Shown here: one piece after another, positions 11,275-24,100 of the stretch
Numbering within the stretch: position 1 is the stretch's first letter
How the letters are laid out: every line of letters starts with the position of its first letter
Assembly (NCBI GenBank): GCA_013115125.1
Contig: JABANN010000044.1
Span: 62,001-105,410 of the forward strand
Source of the DNA: Perkinsus olseni
Taxonomy: Eukaryota
Direction: 5' to 3'
DNA length: 43,410 nucleotides
The notes under the pieces: model-generated
Databases searched by the model: none
What the model saw: only the letters and a program-made list of their open reading frames with translations
What the model was told of the DNA's origin: nothing
Made by a program: the position numbers and the translations under genes

Positions 11275-13463
11275 GGGCCTGAGAACATGAATTGGACCCC
11301 AGTACGGTAAAATTGCTCCCGGGTGGGGTGGGGCCACCCTACCCGGCTCCAGTGAACTCCTTCCATCTTTACATGGAATGGACCCTCCCGGAGCAGTCGT
11401 CTCCAAGCGTGTTACGAAGAAGGCGGTCCGCTCGGGCTTGCACGCAAGTGCAAAGGACGTCGGTCAGCTTTCGATCTTCAACAGAACAGTCCGCACACGA
11501 ATCGTGTCAAAAAACTCGTAAGTATAAACTGTAACGGCGGACCTAGCTGCCACTACAGTATGATGAGGTCTTGAGCTCATAATGAAGGCCGACCTACGAG
11601 AAAACTCCCTCGGAGCAATACTGGAGTGGTGGGATGGTGGGGACGCGGCGCTAGCGTCTCCGGGACAGCCTGTGACAGGAGTTACTGGTCCCATCAATCA
11701 CTTCCCCAAAGGCAAGCAAGATCAGGATATAGCGATCGCAAATATAGAGTTACTCTGTTCGAGAATAGCCGGGCGAGAAAGGAGCCCACAACCGTGACTC
11801 GGGTGAGCAGCACAACCCACAGCTCGAAACTCGGGTGGACGCTAGCACATACATAGCCACAGGCCAGAAGCGTCCCCAGCCTGGTAGAATATGGGTTTAC
11901 CAAAAGAATGCAGCAGGTAGAGTGAAGTGACATCGCCAGAAGCTCCAGCCTAGAGAGCACTGATGTAATCACCTGTGCCAAGACTCCTGGCACTGTCAGT
12001 GACGGAATGTCAATACCACTGGAGCCCCACTCGGTGTCACCGAGCCTGTGAGCCCCACTGCCGTTACTATTGCGGCACTTCGGTAGTCCGAGGGTAACAG
12101 CATCGACCTGTACTCAACCTCCGCCCAATGAACGAGAGAGTTTCAAATGATTCCATCGACTCAATAACTATAGGATTCATCGTCGCAGTTCCCTCTGAGA
12201 TTTCCATATCACTACTGAGACGTTCCTAGTGTCAGTGCCCCGTCTCGCGATATGCCCGTATCGTGTTTGCCTCTCTGGTCGTGTGGTTCCACTCGAGTCG
12301 ATCCAGATGTTTGTGTTAGATTCCAAGTTCGGGACGGCGTCCCTGGGACGCAGCTGAATCAGATTTTGCACGGCTTTTCTTCATCAGGTTTCCTGAATCA
12401 GAACTTCGAGGTAGCACGGGCGGTGACTCAGGCAACATTTGCTAAAGACGAGAGTGTTCCGGGATGGCGCAGTCTCCAGCACTGAGGCGGATAGCGGCGA
12501 GAGCATCCTTCGGCGGCGAAGTGCATCGGAGTACTCCCAAGCACTTCCCATGCCACCTAAACTTCGAAGGGAACCAAGAACTGCATCTTCGACTGCTGCA
12601 AGACGACGGACCGTCCCAGTACTGCTGCCCTGAACTTGGCTCAGTGGACTCCCAAGAAGACCACCACCTCCTCATTTTGACTTTCACCCGTAGTCCATTG
12701 CGCGTCGAGAAAGCGAATGATACAGAATATCCGTGATTCCCGCGTCGTTCACGCCGGTCCTCCTATATAGGATTGCTACCACGTTCGTTAACTAAGTGAG
12801 CCCAAACTTCACTCACGTATATGGAACGCTTCGCGGGGCGCGAGGCTCACGCTGACGCTAGGGCCACAGCGTCTTGCCCAGTACCGTCGACGATACTATG
12901 GGCAGCTTCGCTTCGTCGTCTGGCTCCAACAATCGTGTATAAGACGGTATTACCGAAGAAGCTTTGCCCCCTGACTAGCCTATACTCAGACGAGGCACTA
13001 CTTCGATGTGGTCCCGTTAAGCAAGCCCCGAGCTTAGAACCACCTGCCAGCTTAAATCACTTCAGACCATCAGCCAGTCGGGCAACGCACAAGATGAATT
13101 GGCAGGGACCACAGAACACGAGCCTCGAGACTCGAGATTGCCGTCCCAAAGACAGAATCGCTCAACCTCGTAGTTCGAACTACCGTAGCTCAGATTGAAC
13201 GGTCGCAACACGGAACAGCATCCGCCGAGTGAGGGCCGCCATCAGAGTCTAGGGAGGAACCCGACTGCCCAGCCTCTCATATCGGATAGTTTGTCTGAGG
13301 CCGGGGCGCTACTGGGAGGTGTCTAAGCCATCTCCGAACAAACGGGGGAAGCTTTCGATAGCCTACAGACACGCCAAGTCACTTACTTAGACCTCCTCTC
13401 CCGGCACGTTGATTGAAGCAGTGAACTCAACACAGTCCATCTGCTCAGGGACGCAACAGGCTT

Positions 13464-13761
13464 CTATCGTACCAGAGAGCCAACGGCAAGAATGGTACCC
13501 ATAAATAGCGCACTCGGGCCAGCGTACTTCATACAGCCTCTCAACGTACCCGTCTGCACAGCATAACCAGCGATACCCGCCGAGGCACCGATGAGACCTG
13601 ATACGAAGCGAAGTGAGCCATCGCCTCCACAGTCCATCAATATGACCTCCCTGCATGAACATCATTCCCATCTGTCGCGCGTAGAAGCCAACCTTGCTCG
13701 GTTGGTGTACTTGATACTGCTGCTGCTGCTGCTGCTGCTGCTGGTGATGCGAGAAGCTCAT
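13464..13761 (-). CDS. ROMO1: ROMO1/Mgr2 mitochondrial inner-membrane TIM23-associated protein (2 exons, 82 aa)
   Basis: Exons 13761-13647 and 13597-13464 with a 49-nt GT-AG intron give MSFSHH(Q)nYQVHQPSKVGFYARQMGMMFMQGGLIGASAGIAGYAVQTGTLRGCMKYAGPSALFMGTILAVGSLVR*. The Gly-rich TM and the C-terminal 'FMGTILAVGSLVR' match the Romo1/Mgr2 pattern. Confidence 0.82.
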
Positions 13762-13894
13762 TGGGACACGAAATAACTACAGCCGAGATGAGACGCCGCC
13801 ATAGGAAGCGTCAAGGCAATAACAGGAATTACGCATGAAACTGATACCAGCACACATTTTGAAATGATAATATTAACATCACACTCGAAGATTC

Positions 13895-16800
13895 CTAGTC
13901 TGCAAACGTCCCCCTCACAGCCATCTCCTTGGCAATGACTTCGTTCAACAGGGCCCTAGCATCGGAACCCCTCTCGGAGGTATCATCGACCTTCCTGCGG
14001 GGCATGACTAGAGCTCTCCCGACGTCCTCGTCCATACACCAACACTCAGCCAAAGCTCCCTTAGCAGACCCCGGATCAGACAGCAGTACTGCATTCACCA
14101 TCCTGCTCAGCCTTCCGAGGTCGCAATACTCACTATAAGCCTGTCTATCGTGGCATACCCCGCCACAGGGGTCCTCATCCGACCTCCAGCCGAGCAGGAC
14201 CTCTTCCACCTCTCTCGCCCTCTGATTGGCAGAATCTATCCGTGTGGCCACCTGAAGCAGCTCAACCTCGCATTGCTGGTCATTGACGGTGACCCCAACT
14301 TGAAGGGGGGTCAATTTGATGCTGTGCAGCGTCGCCGGATCCAGAATATCCTTCTCAGTGCGGACACCGTCATTCTCCTCCCGCCTTACCCCCACCGCAG
14401 CCCCTCTAGGGACTACGTCAAGAAAGGCACATGAGTTCAAGGGTGGCTGTAGGGTATCGAATCTGGTGAGAGTTGTGGATGGGTACGCTTGCTCGAATGA
14501 AGACTCCGTCTCTTCAACCTTCTCGCAGCCTTCATCACTATCCTCGGCAGCAAGACCAAACCATGAGGGAATACGTTCTGGTAGGACCTGGGCGAAGGAC
14601 CGACTGGCTGCCATCTTGAAGGCTCGAAGAGGATCAGTCCACCAATCCGTACGGCTGTCCATAGGGTCATCCCCTAGAGGTTTGTGATGTACAAAAGCAT
14701 CGACATCACAGTCGGTCTGCCACGGCCGAGGCAAGGCCCTGATGGGCGAGTAAAGGCCGAGGAAGAGGTTCACAGCGTGCTGCTTCTCCTGGTCCGAAAC
14801 ACTATTAGCGTAATGGCGATGGAGGGAGATGAGCAGCTCCCTGCTAGGGGCCGATAAGGCAACCCAATCCGTGTCACCACTCCCACGCGGCATCACCCGT
14901 CTATGACCACCCAGGGAACCGGAGGCGCTGGCATGCCCCTCAAGAGACTGTCCAGCGGCCATAATGTTAGCGTACTTCTTATGGGCCTCACTACCAGCGT
15001 ACTGCCATGCCAACTGATCCCCCATCTCTTCATACATCCTCGTGAGTTCTCTCATCATCATCAGTGGTGGCGGCTCCCCGGCCTCTGGGACACCTATCAA
15101 GCCTTGCTCCCTCAGCTGGGAGCATAGGGCTGCGCAGCCAATATGATACTGAAAGACGTTGGTTCGATCCAGGCAGTCCACACAGCTCGACCGCGCCACG
15201 CCACTTTGATATCTTTTGACCTCACCATTAGCATGAATGTGAAGCCAACCCGTAGAGAGGGCCAGCCACTCGGACAGGATACCCAAATGGTCCACCAAAT
15301 TCTGGCCGCCCCTCCGCAACCTAGCCTGAGCCACCAGATGCTTACTATAGGCCTTCAGATCGAAGACAACGTAGCGGATCTTGACCGCTGAGGGCAGGTC
15401 GGCGTTCAGAGCATTGACCATCTTCTGATAATGTGACCCGAGCAAAAACTCTTGTTCGTTCTCTACCGTGGACAACGACCTTTGTCCTTCTTCCGACGGC
15501 TTCTCCTCCTCCTCTTCTTGTACTTCACCCTCTGCATGGCGCATCAAATTTACCACCAAAACCGGTGCGCCATACCGTCCCAACAGCCCCGAGAAATGCC
15601 GCCTCGACGCCGTGTTGTTCCTGTCTGTTCTCTGGAACCGAATCGGTGGTTTCGGCTTCACCAGACTCAGCTGACTCTGGTCTTGCATCCAGAATACCGG
15701 AGCGCTGCCTCGAACCTGGACGAAGCTGGAGAAGGGCTGACGACCCATCCCACCAGTGGACAGGTCGATGAGTATCTGCTCTGTCTCCACCTCATTGGCA
15801 GCATCACCGTCGGTGTTGATGCCGCGCTTTCTATACCGAGTCCCCGCGTAGAAGCGAGACCGTCGGCTGATGAGAATGATGCTGAGCACTCGGGAGAGGG
15901 CCGATATTTCGCGCGCCGCGAAATACCCGTAGATAATCGGCACATACCATTGCCGTACTCGTTGGTCAGGGTGATCACGAAGACCTTCGCTGTGCGTCCA
16001 GTTCCACACAAAACGGGACAGCGAAGATTCCGCTAAGTTGCTTTGCGCACTTTGAGAGATATCGTATGTATGGCAGTAGTAGTAGCCCCTAGAAGCCTGC
16101 ATGTCCTGTATCAAATCGATGAGGCGACGCTCGTCCTTGGCGAGCTGGCGTTGGTGTAAGATGGACCCGCCGCTCCCGGACGTACCACTGCCAACCACCG
16201 CCGCGGCCGACTGTTGTTGCTGCTGCTGCTGCTGGTCAGAGCTGCTGGCTGCCTTGAGCGGCAATAAGACCGTTTTTTCCGTACTCCATACCTAGGGGAG
16301 GATACCAACATTGAGCCATTGCCTCTAGTAGCGGAGATGATATTGAAGGGGAGCTCTATACGACCAGTCCACGACATTCACGACTATAACGAACGGAAAC
16401 CGGAGAGTTAAATGGTTGACAGATTCGTAAAGGTACACTGCGGAACAAATTCTTAGGAAATCACGGCTTAGCGCGGGCAGTAAAATCGCTCATTTCAGCC
16501 ATGAAGAACAATTTAAATTCTGAATCACTCTAAGCACTTCGCGGCAATCGAGAAAGCACCTAAAAACTAAACTGGTCCAGAAACATCAGGTATGGGGCTC
16601 TGGAAGGACAAAATGGTCGAAAAACCCGATTTTCTGAGAATTCGTTGCGCAGTGTATGTTAGGTTCTTTGGGAACTCTAGTTCTAAAGCCTAGGATTTTT
16701 GCTGAGTTGAAACTGCCTTTCAAACTAGGTGTTTGGTTCGCACCTAGAACAGACAGGTTCCCAAAACTCGGTGAGTCAACGAGTCCCAAAATTTTTTCAT

Positions 16801-17426
16801 CCATCACCGCGGAATTTTTTGCAGACAAGTTTTGAAGAGAAAACGACCAATGGCGCGAGGAGCGTTGGAGCGGGCACCGTGAATGGAGGGAATGCTTTAC
16901 TTGGCATACTGATCATTACCTGATGACAGCCTCGGCCACCGATCCATCCGACGGGTAGAGCCTGTGATACCACTACTAGATAGTATCCTTGGAGAAGCTG
17001 GATCAACCCAACCACCGCCTGAAGGTATCTTAGGTCAGAGCGTGCAAGATACAGAATAGGTGAGAATGAATGTCACCTGTATATCACTAGCAAGTCGCTT
17101 GTCTGAAGAGTCCCTTATATCCCTATCAGTTGCATATATTAACGGTCTGGAGTTAACATGCCCAGCCTGTCTCGTGATACACAGATACTCCGCCTCCTCC
17201 CCACCCTCCCCACGCCTGAATGATGATGATGATGATGGCCATCATGAGCCGGTAGTAGTTATTACCTTCTAAGGCCTCTTACATAGACCACCTCATTGGA
17301 CTGGTAAACATCCATCTTGTCGAAGTCGCAGAAGCCTTCCCTGCCCCTCACTGGTCGCAATGGATGGGACTTCCTAGTCATATTAACATCATCACTAATA
17401 CCTCTCTGTGCGAATCTTAGGTCCAT
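13895..17426 (-). CDS. FIG4: SAC-domain phosphoinositide phosphatase, FIG4/Sac3-like
   Basis: Large last exon with ISRRSRFYAGTRYRKRGIN, ANEVETEQI, SFVQVRGSAPVFW, catalytic CVDCLDRTN (CX5RT), GDQLAWQYAGSEAH and DQEKQHAVNLFLG. 5' exons include GLIQLLQGYYLVVV (~16990). Start ATG 17426 is tentative. Confidence 0.9.
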
Positions 17427-17866
17427 CCGTGCACTACTCGAAATATAATGATTATTATTGGTATGATACACCCCTCATTAGACAGTAAAATACAATTTCC
17501 CAAGACGTATACACTACATCGACCTCCACCTACGCTCAGGGAATCTTAGCTTCACCAATGCATTTTGCATGATACGCCATGCTTACTCTGCTTTTCGAAC
17601 CTGCTACCACAACTTTCCTTTCGACTCCCACACGCACACAACGCCTGTCCCCAAGCTCAAGCTTCACCAGCCAGGCCCTTGCCGCTGCCGCTCTTGTATT
17701 TTCTTATCAAACTAGTACCAAACCATGCACACTACAGCGGCCATTATAAATCTCCCACGACTATCAGCAGCCGCTATCAACGACTCATGCCCTTCATCAT
17801 AATCGTAAGCATCTCTCAGACTCAACCACCCAAGGCTACCAGAAACGTCATCATAGCGCAGACATG

Positions 17867-20782
17867 CTAGTAGGGACGGGGACCCTTCCTGTTGCCGTAC
17901 TTCGGCTTCATTGTTGGTTTGCCGATAACTTGGTCGGACATCTCTCGTTCGAAGTCTTCAACCTCCCACTGCTCGGCCTTGTCCGAGTCCGGTTTGTTCC
18001 CTTCGAAAGGGTTACCGACAAAAGGATTACCTTTCCTAAAGAGGGAAAAGCATCAATAGGTCGGCTGTGAAAGATACAAAACAGGTCAAGTTCTTACCCA
18101 ACCCCATACATCTCCCTCAGAGTAGACAATGAAGGTATCGACTCCTAAGCCACAAACCTCTGCCCTCACTGCACTCCCTTCACACGATGACTACTTCCTT
18201 ATCATCCAATAGCTCCTTCAATGATGCCGCTACTTTACTCTTCCTCAGCGGTGCCGCGGAATACTTAGATTCTGAGTCAAGACAATCTTGCTTCGCTATA
18301 GCCAGCCACGAAAGACTCATGCTTGCTCCTAGTACTACCAGTGGCAGTACTAGGAGCAAACGTGTTAGTCTACCACCCAGTAGTCAGTTAGTAAGCGCTC
18401 ACACCCATCAAAGATGGGCGTCTCTAATACCTATGAATTTACGCAATCACGATTTATCCATAGCCTGCTTCTGAACGCGCTTCCATACATCACCACGAAC
18501 GTCAAAAGACTGCTTAACCTATTACCATCAAAAGCGATCGCCTCGGCCATCTGCGTAGCGCCCTCCACTGCGTCCTCCCCCAGTAAGACCTCATCATCTT
18601 CTTCGAGTAAATCAGCCTCATCATCATCAGCATCAAACTCGTCGTCAGCATCATGCATGGGGTCTAGCATCTCTGCAGCCTCGAGACCTGCCGTGTGCCG
18701 TCTCTGCTGCCTTGGGGACATACTCGATTCGGTACCGCCCCACCGGCGATACTTCGAAGGGCGCAATTTGCCCACCAGAGCCGCACGCTCTTGCTCGACC
18801 TTCATGAGCAAAAAAGTTTCGCGGGAGAATTTTAAACGGAATTCACGCGAAAAATATCGAAGACATTGAATCAAGAGAATTCTCCCGATAAATTGAGAAA
18901 ATTTGGGGATGGGTTCGAAAGTCGCTCACGTTGTCTCGACTCGGATCTGTGGTCTGCTCCTTGATCCAGTAGAAAAACTTCGAGTAAATTTCAGCGGGAA
19001 ATAGTGGAAATTGTCAATTAAACTTTCAACTGTGAAAGAGAAAATTTCTTGCCATACTATCCACAATTTTTCAAGATTTTTGCTACCTCCAAGCGCCTGG
19101 GCATCTTCATCAAAGTTGGTATCTCCTCCTCCCGACCAGCATCCTTATACTCCTGCTTCAACTTACCAAACCGAAAACTGCGGACTCGCGATAGAATCCT
19201 CCGCAAATGTAATTCCTGAGAAGACAACAGTGAACCTCGCCCTCCTCCTCCTCGAAAGCACCAACCCTCAGCTCCGCCTCCCGCTGCCTTGAGTAAGCGA
19301 GCCCGTTCGGATAGAGGGGATTGGGCCTCCTGTTGCTACCGAATGCTGGTATTACGGCAGAGTTCCAGGCCATAGCCATCTCGACCTGGAGAGAACTTCA
19401 GGACTGCCTTTTCATACAGCTGCAACTACTTTCTGTTGCTCTTCGAGCTTCTTCCGCCGGTCTCGGAACTCTTCTTCGGCCCTGAAGCATGCGTGAACTA
19501 CATTGACGTGAACTCAATCATGATGACAGAGAGGGCACGGCGGGGGTCGATGACGGACTGTGTGAACCCCTTCCAAGTGGAAAAGTAGACGAGTTCACGA
19601 ACGAGATTTGTGAACACTATCGGGTGATAAGACGCCTGCGGAGTCGAAGCGATTCAAATTCTCCGGAAAGCGCTGTGCGAAATCTCGGAAACGACTACGT
19701 CCAATTTCGCCGAGATTTCAGAGCAACAAAGATAGGCTTGTTGCTGTTGTTTGCAACATCGCCAACTCGACGAGTTAATACATCGCAACGATGAGTTACG
19801 GATGTTATGGTATTACTATCGACGAGGGAAAAAATCGAACCGCCAACTATTACTGTTTGAAGGCCCTACTCCGGTCCATGCCGTTATTCATGAGCTGAAG
19901 CTGTCGTGCTACGAACTGCATCACTGGGTGGTCATCTCTGACAAGAAAGTATCCTCCGCCCCTTCCCAGGAAGTGGCGATGAACCTGTATGTGTCGTTCC
20001 CTCTCGTCCACTGATTGCCCTCGACGAAGCAGTCCTGGAAGCGCAGGTCGGGGTACTTCCGCAGGAGAAACTTCACCAATTTTGGGTACGGATTCTTAAC
20101 CTTACGCGTCTGAAGAGGAGAACAGTGATAGAAAATTAATACTGACAGATAATCGCCTTAGGAGGAGGCCCCCTTTCAATAAACTAACTCTGAAACGCAG
20201 AATTGTTTCTGGGAGTGATTTTCAACGTTAAATGCGGTTCCAGAAATCTGAGTTTCAAGATGATTTTACTGAACACCCTCAGAATCGGTATATTTTGCAA
20301 GATACGTTCCCGGCTGAGTCGAGACAATCCACCCTATTCAACGGATTCTAAAGCAACGGCGAGAATGCGGTTCCAGAATCAATCCTGAATCAATTCAGAA
20401 TAGGTTTCCGTCGCTGCAGGAGTCAGAATTTCGAAACGGAATGGCTCTGACGATGAGCTCGAACCTAGAAATACCCTCATTGGCCACTCATCTCTATGCG
20501 ATAATATCGTCTAACCGTGGGAGTGTACAGAAGCTTCCTTCTCCGATTTTCAGGTAGAGTCTACTTGAAAATTAATATTAAGATTCTCCATCGGAGGCAC
20601 GCGTTCAGCGCTTTGCATCCAGGGGGGTCGTTGAGTGAGCCTGAGAAGGGGAAGGTGTGGTATCTTTCGGGTAGGTCGGCCTACATCCCGGCTTCGGCTA
20701 GTCGGCGTATCCTACCGACAATGTCGAGCTTATAACCGCGATAGAAGTTGGTACCATAAGGATGGATATGGCCATAAGTCAT
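17867..20782 (-). CDS. MRPS23: Mitochondrial small-subunit ribosomal protein mS23-like with long acidic C-terminal extension (multi-exon)
   Basis: Spliced N-terminus MTYGHIHPYGTNFYRGYKLDIVGRIRRLAEAGMLTQRPPWMQSAERVPPMENLNINFQ-TRKVKNPYPKLVKFLLRKYPDLRFQDCF...DDHPVMQFVARQLQLMNNGMDRSRAFKQ-AEEEFRDRRKK fits the mS23 pattern (R..L..G...PxW...PP; QF...L...G...AF). Downstream exons are acidic and end ...KPKYGNRKGPRPY*. The 3' linkage is less certain. Confidence 0.68.
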
Positions 20783-21039
20783 TGAAAGGAAGAAGAATAC
20801 AGACCACTGGAGAAAATCAATTTTCTCAGAGGCGTTGCCGGGGTTCGAACCTGGGTTGAAGGATATTGCTGTGATGGTTGAGTGCTCTACCGTTCGGCTG
20901 AAACAGCCGAAGCGACTCTCGTGAATCGATCGGCCGCTGACCATGGAACTCAAAAGAGAGATGACTCGATACCTACGACCATCAACCTGTGTATCAGCCC
21001 ACTAGTGCCTCCACCTCTCGACACTACTATTGCCACTCT

Positions 21040-21064
21040 CCCGTGACGGGCGGCCCGTCACGGG
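21040..21064. repeat. Perfect 12-bp inverted repeat with 1-nt spacer in the divergent promoter region
   Basis: CCCGTGACGGGC-G-GCCCGTCACGGG. Confidence 0.9.
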
Positions 21065-21150
21065 CCCCGTCCTTATCGATAGTAGCCCCTCGTTCTCAGT
21101 TGGCCGTCCTCCTCTTGTGTGTGTTGTGCATCCCCCTACTCGGCCTACTA

Positions 21151-24100
21151 ATGGACGCGGCTTCCTTGGCTCAATTTGAAAGGCTCTGTACGGAGTTCTA
21201 CAACCCTCCCAATGAGCAGGCTCAAAGGCATGCTCATGAGGTCCTCACGCCCCTACTCAACGGCATTGACTCGGTACCACAATTACAGTAATACGCAGCG
21301 GCCGGGTCAACCTTAGTCAAAGACGGATTTTTAGATACGTCTTGGCGAACTCCTCCAACCAACAAGCGCTTGTTTTTGCCTCTACCGCTTTGACTAAGGT
21401 CGCCACTGCCAACTGGACCGCTGTTACTGAGCAGCAAAGGGAGGATATGAAGGTGATAACCACGGCAGCCAGCTCGGGCCATTACCATTGCCTTCACTTT
21501 CTTCAATAACATCCAAGTTTAATTCGTCCAAAGTGCGGAGCTGGATGGAGCGTTCACGTGTATTTCCCTTGACTACGTCTACGTGTCGATTCTTGCTCTT
21601 GCCTGTCCTATGCGAGTGGAGGCTCTTCCTTCACCCGCGACTCTCCCTTGGGGAGCCGTACTCGGGATACTCAGAAGCACAATTCTGGAGAGTATTCTGA
21701 TTCTGGAGTATCTCAGTACTCGTTTATGAGTTCCCGTGCAAATCGAGCGTCTTTGGCTGCTCTACAAGTGTCTATGATATATGCTTGCCATCACACCATA
21801 AACTCGGTTCAATTTTCCTTCACAGTACTTGTCGAGATTCCACTGCGTCCCCTTGAGATATCCCTGTGTTCTTTTTCAGAATTTCATGCTTAATTATCTC
21901 TTCCAGAATTGCGAGGCTCTCCAAAACAGCGCTCCGTAAGTGCTCGCTCTATCGCGCGCATGCGTACGTCATTTTCTATCCGAAGGTACGCGGTGTCCTT
22001 CCTGGTTCGCTTTCTCTGTCGTATTGTGAAGCTCAGCTGGCTTGAGGGACCTCAACATCAGACTATTGTCAGCGATGTAATATTTTTCATGAATTGGGAA
22101 AAGTTGGTATACAAATATTCCACGGGCAGGTACAAAAGTTCCTCTCGGCATCTACTCGCCATTGGATCCTTGGTCTGGACATCTACGTTCAGCTAACTGC
22201 GGATATCCAGCCCACCGTTGGACCGGGGATGTCCCGATTTAGACGTACAAAGGAAGGCGTTACTGGAATACTCTTGACGAGTGTTTTTACAAAAATCCCA
22301 TCAGTTTTTACAATCATCAGCATGAGGGAATTAATCACCAGCGATCAACTTCCTATTGAACAGTGTGCATATTCTTTCCCCGATAAAATTCTGAATTTCC
22401 CATGAAAAGCAGAATGATTGTTGGCAAGGAATTATCTTGTGGAAGAAGTCGTTTTCCTTGTCAGGCACGGCACTCTCGTTTCGGGACATAGCGCTTCCCC
22501 AGATCTTCACAACGGCAGTGGATATCCTGACTCAGATGTATGAGGGGAAACTACGGATTGATGATAAAATGGATGAATTCAAATTGGTTAAGAAAGTAAT
22601 GTGGAGGGCGAAGGGAATTGGAAGAAGTATGGTTTGCGTGCCAGGTGCTGCAGCTGGCTTATAACTGCTTGAGCTTTGATTTCATGGGTAAGTGCCGTCG
22701 GGAAATAATACTCCGACGCAATACCACATTTTCCCGAACTTGTGCATCTTCGGGTAGAGGGTCCCGCTGGGCGATCTACGCAGAATTATGCGAGGAAGGA
22801 TGTTATCGAGTGTCCGCGTAGTATAACAAGATGATGGCTCAGCACCGAGCGTGATAGAGGTGTGGTGTTTTGAATTATTATCAACGATAGTATTTACAGT
22901 ACCATGAATCGAGTAAATATATTTATAATATGGTATTATATGTTATGAATAGATTACTGACCGATAGTATTCTCATAGAGCAGGTACTATCCCTGATGAA
23001 ACTTCCGAGGACCAGACAACAGTGATGGTGCCGCATAACTGGACGGTGCTGAAGGATAATATCATACCGAAGTTGTAGGAAGGAGGCTGATGAGATTGGA
23101 CGAGGAACCGTCGGACGTACTGTCGTTGTTGGTAGATTCTTCCAGTTGTACGACAGCAGCTGCAAGAATGGTTGGAAGGATTGCGCGATGTAGTATTGGT
23201 GGAGTGGCAGGAGTCATGTTCGCAAGTCGGGGCGCGTGACAATGGGTTTTTCTTCTATATCACAATCTGATACAGTTATCGAAATCATACTGCCATGCAG
23301 TCGATTCAACAGAATTGATGATCGAATGTATTGGACTCTAAAAGGTCTCAACAGGCGCAACTGAAGCAGGCATCAATTGGAGTCACGATTGAGGGCTCCG
23401 ATCGAGGACGTATCTTTTCTCCACCCTGGTATGAGAGGACTTTCTCGACGTATCACAAAAAAGGAAAGGCTTTCTGTTGATGCTTCCTGAGGCTCGTTTA
23501 GCGTGTGGGTTGGGCGTCTCTGGTTCAATCGCCATGGCCTCTCTGCACGTGTGTTGTGACCAGGGTGTTATGATCGTCGCATGCTTCTTTTGTTGGTGTT
23601 GTTCAGATACTGTCTACAGTGCTTGGTACTTCTTAGTTCGCTAAGACGATCATTCTTCCAAAATGAAGAGGAAAGTACTAATTCAGGGGCTAATAACGGT
23701 TATTATCTGAAATCGATCGGCAGGGCGCGCGCTACGTGCATGCATAGATATCACTATGCTTGATTTCAGAAACAGCACTGTTGCAGAGTATGATGGAAGG
23801 CACTGCTCATTTGATATCTAATAAAGTTGGATTGTCGGATCCGCAATGTCTTCATGAGACGTGTCGGCTGATCGGAAGAATCAATACTAGTAGTCAATTC
23901 AAGGAGCTCAAGCAGGTGTGGCAAGGGGCAACCTAAGATACGCCCGGAAGATATGTCCTAGGTACCAAGCTTTGAGATGTGGTTGGAGCAGGTCTATGGC
24001 TTCACCATTGACGCAATAAAGAATTGGCAGGTGGGGGTCTGTTGGAGAGGAGTCGGGGGAAATTTGGTATGAGTTTTGGCTTTAGATACTCCCGAACAGT

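Noticed and set aside
13717-13743. CAG microsatellites (also ~16211-16235)
   Set aside because: Ordinary coding poly-Gln tracts in ROMO1 and FIG4.
13387-13761. 124-aa unspliced ORF
   Set aside because: It reads through a 49-nt intron; the spliced 82-aa ROMO1 model fits the family.
20830-20910. Functional tRNA gene
   Set aside because: Mismatched T-stem, no pairing anticodon stem and an imperfect acceptor stem; at most a remnant.
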